Shown in pieces: positions 1-7,350 of a DNA stretch of 32,000 nt; position 1 is the first letter of the stretch, and the number at the start of each line of letters is the position of its first letter. Source of the stretch: Desulfocapsa sulfexigens DSM 10523 (lineage in GTDB: Bacteria > Desulfobacterota > Desulfobulbia > Desulfobulbales > Desulfocapsaceae); assembly GCF_000341395.1 (NCBI RefSeq), contig NC_020305.1, positions 4,752 to 36,751 of the forward strand, in the 5' to 3' direction. A model generated the notes under the pieces. That model searched no databases and had not been told where the DNA came from. It saw only the letters and a list, made by a program, of their open reading frames with translations. The translations under genes and the position numbers were made by a program.

Positions 1-1
1 A

Positions 2-199
2 CCTAATATCTTGACTTTTCAGCATCATATGGAGTACACAAAAAGGTATTTAATAGCCCTAATTAATTCCAGAAAAGATCTTATAGGATCAGAAATCACC
101 CAAATTGCACTAAATGGAATGAGTCAGGATTTGGATAGCAGTTATGCTGGAAGACTACTTTTGAAGTTCCTAGCCCAACACAGAAATTTAAATCAATAA
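2..199 (+). CDS. Possible 3-prime end of a hypothetical gene that starts upstream of the window
   Basis: The frame is open from the window edge (no stop before the listed ORF 11..199). No recognisable motifs. Confidence 0.3.
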   Translation, partial: PNILTFQHHMEYTKRYLIALINSRKDLIGSEITQIALNGMSQDLDSSYAGRLLLKFLAQHRNLNQ

Positions 200-236
200 A
201 GACCATCAACACATTTAATAGATCGAAGGAGAAATC

Positions 237-1175
237 ATGCCTGCTAAGCCTATCGTTGCAATCAAAGTTGGAGATCACCTTATACAGCCATGGATTGACA
301 GAATGACTCCATTGCTTCCGGAGTTTGACTTTATTTCATGGCATGATAATCCTGACCAGGATCTTGTAGAATACGTTATTGGCTGGTGTCCTGATGCTAG
401 GTGGATAAACGGCTTTCCAAATATTAAAGCTGTCGTTTCTGTGGGTTCGGGTGTAGATCATATCATTCACCTAGATGAATTAAAAGATACTATCCCAGTA
501 ATAAGGACAGTTTCAGACGATCTTATTCAAAGAGTGCGAGAGTTTGCAGCGCTTAGCGTTTTATCCTGGCATCGACAATTCCCTCAAATAATAGAAAATA
601 ATAGCATTAGAGAATGGAAAAGATTCTCAATGGAAACCTCTAGCTATTATAAAGTTGGTGTAATGGGCTATGGTTCTATGGGCAAAGCCGTTGCGGAAAC
701 ATTATCGTCACTTGGTTACAATGTTTCAGTTTGGGCAAATAGTAAGCGAGATCTTCCTTACAATTATTACTATGGACGGGACAGTCTTAGTAAATTCGCA
801 AAAGATTTGGACATCCTGATCTGCTTACTCCCACTAACCAATGAAACAGAGAACATCCTCAATGAAGAATTAATGAGAAGTATGAATCAGGGAGGATGTG
901 TTATTAATTTTGCAAGGGGAGCACATTTAGTAGATGATGACCTATTCAAAGTCTTAGATGATAGTCATTTATCAGCAGCCTACCTTGATGGATTTAGAGA
1001 AGAACCTCTTCCCTATAATTCCAAATTTCTTTCCCACGAGAAAGTAATCGTCACCTTTCATTCAGCAGGGTACATTTCACCTGACATTGGCCCTAAAGTT
1101 ATAGCTGCAAATATCCAAAAGTTTGAGCGTAATGAAACGCCATGGCCTATGTATAATAGAGAAAAAGGATTCTAA
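237..1175 (+). CDS. D-isomer-specific 2-hydroxyacid dehydrogenase, GhrA-like (glyoxylate/hydroxypyruvate reductase A family)
   Basis: 312 aa, the same length as E. coli GhrA. Rossmann motif GVMGYGSMGKAV, SVGSGVDHI, LLPLTNETENILN, catalytic-region motifs INFARGAHLVDDDL and VTFHSAG. RBS AAGGAGA lies upstream of the ATG. Confidence 0.9.
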   Translation: MPAKPIVAIKVGDHLIQPWIDRMTPLLPEFDFISWHDNPDQDLVEYVIGWCPDARWINGFPNIKAVVSVGSGVDHIIHLDELKDTIPVIRTVSDDLIQRVREFAALSVLSWHRQFPQIIENNSIREWKRFSMETSSYYKVGVMGYGSMGKAVAETLSSLGYNVSVWANSKRDLPYNYYYGRDSLSKFAKDLDILICLLPLTNETENILNEELMRSMNQGGCVINFARGAHLVDDDLFKVLDDSHLSAAYLDGFREEPLPYNSKFLSHEKVIVTFHSAGYISPDIGPKVIAANIQKFERNETPWPMYNREKGF

Positions 1176-1176
1176 T

Positions 1177-2082
1177 ATGGCTAATTGGCAGCTTCTAGTC
1201 CAAGCCCCTAGTACAGGTTTTCTACTTTCAGTTGTTGGAGTCGCTATAAGCCTTATTGGAACAACCGTAGGTATCTATACATTACTAAAGGTAAAAAAAG
1301 TAGTAAAGGCCCAGATTGAGGAGAGAAAGCTAACGCAAGAGTTGCTTGATGTAGATCAAATAGAGAAAGATCTAAGACGAGTTGTTTCTAAACTAATGCA
1401 GGTTAATGACCACGACTCGGTTTCGCTCGCTAACGCACTCTCACAACGTTTGGGGGCAATCCAGGGTACAAGGAGAGTAATTGATCATGGTGCATCAGCT
1501 TGCGGTTGTGCATCGGGCGATGCTGTTTCCATTAAAACTGGTTTTTTCTGTTCGACACATGTTGATGATTTCATAGAACAAAGCACCTCTCGTATTGACC
1601 TCATGACTGGTAGTACAAGGCTAATAGCAGGGTATTTTACTATGGACAAGATCAAACAGGCATGTGAACGTGGTGTCAAGGTCCGGATAGTTGGGCTATC
1701 CCCCGAGGCACCTGATGATATTTTATTAGATGCAGCAAAAACTGTCTCAAAGCCAGCCCCTGAAACAGCCGAAGACTATCGTAACCTTATAAAGGCAAAC
1801 CACAACGAAATTAGCAAGGTCGTAAACTCTTGGCCTGCACAAACAAAAGAACGATTTGAATACCGGGAGAATTTTGGTGTCCCCAGGGTATCTATTGCAA
1901 AATCAGATGATGTAATATGCTTAGGTTTCTTACAATTGTTTAGAGATGCCCAGCCTGAAAAAATCAACGATAGGCAATACATCAAGATTCCCCAAGATTC
2001 AGAGTTGGGAAGTGTAGTAATGAAACACTTTGAGCAGGGTTGGAGTGAAAGTAAGAAAATCATACCAGCAAAAAGCGGATAA
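1177..2082 (+). CDS. Membrane-anchored protein: N-terminal TM helix, coiled-coil linker, C-terminal domain with a PLD-like scaffold pattern but no HKD motif
   Basis: ATG at 1177 sits 1 nt after the stop of the upstream gene. TM segment GFLLSVVGVAISLIGTTVGIYTLL. STSRIDLMTGSTRLIAG...ACERGVKVRIVGLSP resembles the first strands of PLD-superfamily domains. I see no HxKxxxxD. Confidence 0.7.
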   Translation: MANWQLLVQAPSTGFLLSVVGVAISLIGTTVGIYTLLKVKKVVKAQIEERKLTQELLDVDQIEKDLRRVVSKLMQVNDHDSVSLANALSQRLGAIQGTRRVIDHGASACGCASGDAVSIKTGFFCSTHVDDFIEQSTSRIDLMTGSTRLIAGYFTMDKIKQACERGVKVRIVGLSPEAPDDILLDAAKTVSKPAPETAEDYRNLIKANHNEISKVVNSWPAQTKERFEYRENFGVPRVSIAKSDDVICLGFLQLFRDAQPEKINDRQYIKIPQDSELGSVVMKHFEQGWSESKKIIPAKSG

Positions 2083-2127
2083 CATAAATATTTCCTGTGG
2101 TTCTTCGCACTTTCTGAGGACAACATC

Positions 2128-3057
2128 ATGGCCAGTTTTGCATTTTTCTTGGATCCGCTTGATACTTTATCCTTAGACAAGGATTCAACCTTACAGATAA
2201 TAAAGCAAGGATATTTAAAAGGTCATGATGTCGCCGTATTTCATGATAAGGATCTAATAGTCCGAGATGGTGCTGTTATTATCAACTCAAGAATTATTGA
2301 TTTTACAGCAGAAACACTCTCGGCACAGGTTGATTGCAAAAAAGATATTACTGACTTCGATATACTTTTTGTTCGCAGGGACCCACCAGTAACCATTGAA
2401 TTCTACACTAGTTTAAGCATACTCTCATCAATCGAAGCTAATATCCCCTGTATAAACTCTCCTTCTTCTATTTTAACCTTTCCCGAAAAAATTGGGCCTA
2501 CCACCTTTAAACAACTACACCCTCCAACATTAATTTCCAGTAATCTTTCCGAAATCTATGACTTTAAAAAAGAACATGGAGCTGTCGTAGTAAAACCGTT
2601 ATACAATTACTGTGGAAATGGGGTTTATATTAGTTTACAAAATGATCGAAATTTCAACTCTATCCTCTCACTGTTCAAAATGAACAGTAATACGCCTATA
2701 TTATTGCAGAAATTCATAGAAGACGTTTCAGACGGCGACAGACGGATCATAATGCTAGGTGGTGAACCCGTAGGTGCCATAAACCGTAAGGCAAGCCCCA
2801 ATGATTTTAGATGCAATATGTTTGCTGGTGGAACCCCAACACTTCATAACCTATCGTCGACCGAATTAGAAATGTGTGCCCAAATAAGCCCGATACTGAC
2901 TGAAAGAGGTCTACATCTAGTTGGAATTGATATTATTGGCAACTATATAACAGAAATTAATACAACCGCACCTACAGGTATATTTCAAATTGCCGACCTT
3001 GGTGGCCCGAATCTATGTGCTACAATAATTGACTACGCAGAAACGCTAATAAAATGA
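2128..3057 (+). CDS. ATP-grasp ligase of the prokaryotic glutathione synthetase (GshB) family
   Basis: Collinear with E. coli GshB: DPLDTLSLDKDST, VRRDPP, VVKPLYNYCGNGVY, DGDRRIIMLGGEPVGAINR, NMFAGGT, LVGIDIIGNYITEINTTAPTG. Confidence 0.9.
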   Translation: MASFAFFLDPLDTLSLDKDSTLQIIKQGYLKGHDVAVFHDKDLIVRDGAVIINSRIIDFTAETLSAQVDCKKDITDFDILFVRRDPPVTIEFYTSLSILSSIEANIPCINSPSSILTFPEKIGPTTFKQLHPPTLISSNLSEIYDFKKEHGAVVVKPLYNYCGNGVYISLQNDRNFNSILSLFKMNSNTPILLQKFIEDVSDGDRRIIMLGGEPVGAINRKASPNDFRCNMFAGGTPTLHNLSSTELEMCAQISPILTERGLHLVGIDIIGNYITEINTTAPTGIFQIADLGGPNLCATIIDYAETLIK

Positions 3058-4124
3058 GCTATCCAACAAATACATCAGACATTGAGGTTCCATTTCTCAA
3101 AATTTCAGGCTCTCCCAAAGAAATGGGCCTAACTCATGGAGAAACATATCGTAATTTAATAGGAACTCTCTTCGAAATACGCCATGAATTACTCTTAAAA
3201 GGTGCCAAAGGATCTGATGAAAATAAAATTGAAGACATAGCGTATTCTTTCTGGAAATATATCAGCAATTTTGACAAGCCCTTAGCAATAGAATTGGAAT
3301 CAACAGCCAAAGCAGCGAATATTCTTCCATGGAAGCTGGTTGTTGCAGGTGGTTTCACTGATCTTATGGATGCGCTTTCAACTACTATTCATCCAGATTA
3401 TCATGAATGCACCGTTGCCATCGACCCTGCCAAAGGCTTCATCGCTGGAACATGGGACAGCCACCCCGAAGCAGGAGAAGCACTAATCCTGTTAGAACGA
3501 CACCCGAATAACGGCCCTGCAACTCTAGCCCTCACAACAGCTGGCTGGCCATGTCAACAAGGCCTCAATAGTTATGGTGTTGGATTTGCGATTACCAATC
3601 TCACCCCAAACAAATCTTCAAAACATGGCCTAGTTTATATTGCTGCTAATGCTTTCTTAGGAACAGCACAAAGTACATCTCACATCTTAAACCAGCTAAA
3701 AACAGAAACTTATTGCTCAGGCCATTCTTACATTGTTCTTGATAGAACTGGATCTGGTGCAATTATGGAAACAACCAACACCACAACTAATATTTTACAA
3801 ATTAACTCTCTCACCACCAAGGCTAATCATTACCTATCTGGGCCACAAAGCATTGATAACAACAGTAATTATCTCTACTATGACTACAGTATTTCACGTG
3901 AAAAGGAATTACATGAGAACATATCCCAAATGGCTAATGCACAAGATTTTCCTAGTTGCCTCTTTAATTCTCAGAAAGTCAATCGTACTGATAGTTCTCA
4001 GGTAGCTATCACTTGCGCACATTTTCTAATTTCGGTAATCGATAATACGATTTGGTACGCAAAAGGCCCTGCTCTTCCTCCTCTAAAATATCAGATGCTA
4101 TCAAAAACATTAAGTGACGAGTAA
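3054..4124 (+). CDS. Peptidase C45 / acyl-CoA:6-aminopenicillanic-acid acyltransferase-like Ntn hydrolase
   Basis: N-terminal GSPKEMGLTHGETYRNLI signature and a candidate nucleophile Cys in HECTVAIDP. About 350 aa, typical of the family. ATGA overlap with the upstream gene. Confidence 0.7.
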   Translation: MSYPTNTSDIEVPFLKISGSPKEMGLTHGETYRNLIGTLFEIRHELLLKGAKGSDENKIEDIAYSFWKYISNFDKPLAIELESTAKAANILPWKLVVAGGFTDLMDALSTTIHPDYHECTVAIDPAKGFIAGTWDSHPEAGEALILLERHPNNGPATLALTTAGWPCQQGLNSYGVGFAITNLTPNKSSKHGLVYIAANAFLGTAQSTSHILNQLKTETYCSGHSYIVLDRTGSGAIMETTNTTTNILQINSLTTKANHYLSGPQSIDNNSNYLYYDYSISREKELHENISQMANAQDFPSCLFNSQKVNRTDSSQVAITCAHFLISVIDNTIWYAKGPALPPLKYQMLSKTLSDE

Positions 4125-4125
4125 A

Positions 4126-5808
4126 ATGAAAATAGCAATTATATTCCCACCAATTTTTGACCCTTCAATGCCATACTTGGCACCTTTTCAGCTGAAATCT
4201 TACATAAAAAAGCGTAGACCTTCATGTGAAATAGATGTCTGCGACCTAAACATTCTTTTCTTTAATAGCATTGTAAATAACCCATACAAAAATTTTAACT
4301 ACAGTTTAAACAATACCTCGTCATATGAATCAATTATTACATGTGAAAGCAGTATCACAAGCGCGTTATCTAATTGGTCTCAAACCCATGGCGTTGAAAT
4401 AACAAGACAAAGTGCTGACTATTTTTTTGATACCAGCAATTCTGAAGGCTATGAATCATTTTTAGAAAATACGACACCATTTGAAAACTACCTAAGCAAC
4501 CTTATAATCAATCATATTGACATTCCAAAATATGATCTTTTCTTCTTCTCTATTACTTCTTATGAACAGCTCCTCCCCTCTTTAATCCTGTCTAAAATTG
4601 TAAAGTCGATGAACAAAACGACGAATATTTGCCTTGGGGGAAATATTATATCAAGAATTTTCAAAGGGCTCCTTAATAGTCCCCTGCTAACTTCTATTGA
4701 TTTCCTTGTCATTAAAGAAGGAGAACTACCTAGCGTAAATCTTGTCGATTATCTATCAAATCGTAAGCCTGGTAACCTAACCAATAGTCTCATTGAAGTT
4801 TCAACCAAAAAAGTTATCGACAGAACTCAGAAATCTAAAATTTTTGAAATAGACCAAATTCCTACTATTGAATTTAACGAAGAAGAGTTAGGCTTATATT
4901 TCTCACCTGAACCTGTGATACCAATTTCATTGGCTAGGGGTTGCAGCTGGGGAAAGTGTTCATATTGCGGCATTCACACGGTATGGGGTTCCGGATATCG
5001 AACAAAGCTCCCCATTAAACTTGCTAATGAAATTGAGAATCACAAAAGAAGGTATTCAACTAATAATTTCCGCTTAATTGACGAATCTCCTGCAATCAAA
5101 GACCTACTTAAACTCTCCGACGAACTAATCAGTAAAAACCTTGAAGTCAACATCGAAACTTATTTAAACCTAAGCTCAGCACTTTCAGATCGAGAAACAA
5201 CAAATACACTTTACGAAGCAGGATTCAACCAGCTATTTCTTGGAATTGAAAGTTTGAACAAGGAATTATTGACAGAAATTGGTAAATCCATAAATCACCC
5301 CAACCGGTATGCTGATTTACTTGAAAGTACACACGAAGCAGGGATATCAAACTATTCCTTCCTTATGGTTGGCCTACCTAATGATTCAATCAATAATGAA
5401 TTAGAAGTTGAGAAGTTTGTACTTTCAAATAGTGACATTGATACAATAGCTATTTCAAGCTTTATACCACTCAGCAACTCACCAATGTATTCAGACATCA
5501 GCTTTCAATCCAAACACGGTATCAAGTTTACACCCAGGGGGCCATTGACAACTAGGTGTGATTACAAAACAAATAACAGAGACGTCAGTGAAGAAACCAA
5601 TAATAGAGCCAAGGCAATGGCTAATCGGATCTTCATAGGACGAAGAGATCTCTGCCTCTCTAGCAATATCCCCTATGAATCCCGGTTTTATTTAATCAAT
5701 AAATTTGGAAACAATTGCTTTAAGGACTTAGCAAAAGCCACCAGTTTCAGTTTTAATGAACCTCTGATAAGTACAGAGCTAGACGGCAGGCTTACTGGCC
5801 TAAAATAA
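4126..5808 (+). CDS. B12-binding-domain (class B-like) radical SAM enzyme
   Basis: MKIAIIFPP N-terminus typical of the B12-binding-domain subgroup. Cluster motif ARGCSWGKCSYCG, FLGIESL, and a total length of about 560 aa. I prefer the ATG at 4126 to the GTG at 4114 in the ORF track. Confidence 0.85.
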   Translation: MKIAIIFPPIFDPSMPYLAPFQLKSYIKKRRPSCEIDVCDLNILFFNSIVNNPYKNFNYSLNNTSSYESIITCESSITSALSNWSQTHGVEITRQSADYFFDTSNSEGYESFLENTTPFENYLSNLIINHIDIPKYDLFFFSITSYEQLLPSLILSKIVKSMNKTTNICLGGNIISRIFKGLLNSPLLTSIDFLVIKEGELPSVNLVDYLSNRKPGNLTNSLIEVSTKKVIDRTQKSKIFEIDQIPTIEFNEEELGLYFSPEPVIPISLARGCSWGKCSYCGIHTVWGSGYRTKLPIKLANEIENHKRRYSTNNFRLIDESPAIKDLLKLSDELISKNLEVNIETYLNLSSALSDRETTNTLYEAGFNQLFLGIESLNKELLTEIGKSINHPNRYADLLESTHEAGISNYSFLMVGLPNDSINNELEVEKFVLSNSDIDTIAISSFIPLSNSPMYSDISFQSKHGIKFTPRGPLTTRCDYKTNNRDVSEETNNRAKAMANRIFIGRRDLCLSSNIPYESRFYLINKFGNNCFKDLAKATSFSFNEPLISTELDGRLTGLK

Positions 5809-6123
5809 CAAGATAAATAAATCTACGGAAAATAGAGTTGTTAACTGTTCAGCCGCAATCGCATAGCACTATATTTTGTAAACAGGAGCGTTAGGATTAC
5901 AATTTAAGTTTAAATCATGTGTTTCTTCCAAATAACCATTCTATTTTACCTTTCGTTATCTTAAGGTAAGGTCTCTGCGTAGGCACTGTCTTCAAATCTA
6001 AATCATCCTTCATACAAGCCTTCCAATGCAATTGATATTCATCTTGATATTCCACTCCTATTATGTTCTATGATTTATATGCCAACAATATCAACAATCA
6101 GAAGAATGATAAAAGGTGTATAA

Positions 6124-6756
6124 ATGATAGTGGCAATAGTTAACCAAAAAGGCGGCACGGGCAAAACCACGATAGCCGTCAACCTCGCTTTTGGAACCGC
6201 TAACGCAAAATATCCTACCGCCCTGGTCGATGCCGATACCCAGGCAACCTGTCTCCATTTTTATGGTAACCAGGACATAGAAAACCTTACCGTCTGTTCT
6301 GCCGGTGATGATGTCCGGGAAACGGTGCAACAGTTGAGCAAGGATCACCGCTTTGTTTTTATAGACACAGCCCCTCACGATAACGATTCCATGTACCTTG
6401 CCATGGTCACTGCTGATCTGATAATCATCCCCACCAGACCACGGCCCTTTGATCTTCACTCCTCGGAAAAGGTAGTGGAGATGCTCCGGAGTATCGAGAA
6501 CGAGTATGGCTACACGCCCTGCTATTTCCTCCTCAATCAAGTAAAACACGGTACCATTCTCGGCAGGGAAACCCTGGATTATATCCAGCACAACTTTGAA
6601 CTGCCTGTCCTGAAAACCCAGATCCATGATTATGAGATTTACGGACAGGCGCCATTATCCGGACAATCCGTATTCCTCTACGCACCCAAGCATAAAGCAG
6701 CTCAAGAGTTGAGAAACCTGCTGCGAGAGATGAACAAAATATACAAATCTCAATAA
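6124..6756 (+). CDS. parA: ParA/ParF-type (small, type Ib) partition ATPase
   Basis: Deviant Walker A VNQKGGTGKTT, 210 aa, followed by a small ribbon-helix-helix gene. Confidence 0.9.
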   Translation: MIVAIVNQKGGTGKTTIAVNLAFGTANAKYPTALVDADTQATCLHFYGNQDIENLTVCSAGDDVRETVQQLSKDHRFVFIDTAPHDNDSMYLAMVTADLIIIPTRPRPFDLHSSEKVVEMLRSIENEYGYTPCYFLLNQVKHGTILGRETLDYIQHNFELPVLKTQIHDYEIYGQAPLSGQSVFLYAPKHKAAQELRNLLREMNKIYKSQ

Positions 6757-6860
6757 TGATATATGACACATAAATATTATATATGTTTTATGGCATTTAA
6801 AACCCAACTATGATATATAAAATATAAATCATTCATATAATTATAGACAGGAGGTAATCC

Positions 6861-7130
6861 ATGGGCTTGCTCGACAGCACAGTGATGAAGCAGAAAAAAC
6901 CAATCAGCAAGAGCAGTGAAGAAATATTAGCTGCCAGGCGTAAAACCACTCCGACTGTAAAAGGCAAGGCCGGGAGACCTGCCAAGTACCCAAGAGATGA
7001 AAACACCAAGCGCATGAATGTGTTTATCCCTGGTGATATCCACAAACAGCTCAGACAGGCGAGTGTCGATTTGGATGCTTCGATGAATGAAATTATTGTT
7101 GATGCTTTACTGGCAAAGTTCAAGAAGTGA
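6861..7130 (+). CDS. ParG/CopG-like ribbon-helix-helix centromere-binding protein
   Basis: 89 aa. Lys/Arg-rich flexible N-terminus, then an RHH-like RMNVFIPGDIHKQLRQASVDLDASMNEIIVDALL. RBS GGAGG. Located downstream of parA. Confidence 0.7.
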   Translation: MGLLDSTVMKQKKPISKSSEEILAARRKTTPTVKGKAGRPAKYPRDENTKRMNVFIPGDIHKQLRQASVDLDASMNEIIVDALLAKFKK

Positions 7131-7350
7131 GGCACAGGGGGGACAATAAGATCCTGGCTACTATTGAACAAGTGGAGTGGGCCAGAAACATACTCTCCAT
7201 ACCGATACTATAACGAATATGCGGCGGAACACTTTAGAGAAGAAATTTAACAAAAACATATTTGTTTAGGTTTTTATTTTTAACACAAGAGAAATATGTT
7301 GAATATTATTTTACAACATGAAAAATTCACATCAACAGTTACATGTATCT

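Noticed and set aside
4114-4125. GTG start at 4114 for the radical SAM gene, and the upstream starts given by the ORF track at 1123, 22267, 25350, 26294 and 28193
   Set aside because: In each case a downstream ATG has a better RBS or produces a canonical N-terminus or a stop-start junction. Examples are MKIAIIFPP, MANWQLL after the upstream stop, MKPEEVYG with a GGAGGG RBS, MKLPIIQ overlapping the upstream stop, MTLFQKAERKK and MKKVIF. The longer versions would overlap the upstream genes substantially.
5870-6050. Short minus-strand reading frame (about 31-46 aa, ...MKDDLDLKTVPTQRPYLKITKGKIEWLFGRNT) upstream of parA, considered as a toxin-antitoxin remnant
   Set aside because: It is below any reliable length, has no clear RBS or start, and I recognise no family. 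It cannot be supported from sequence alone.
6091-6627. 178-aa ORF antisense to parA
   Set aside because: It lies almost entirely within the clearly recognisable ParA gene on the opposite strand and has no motifs. It is a typical shadow ORF.
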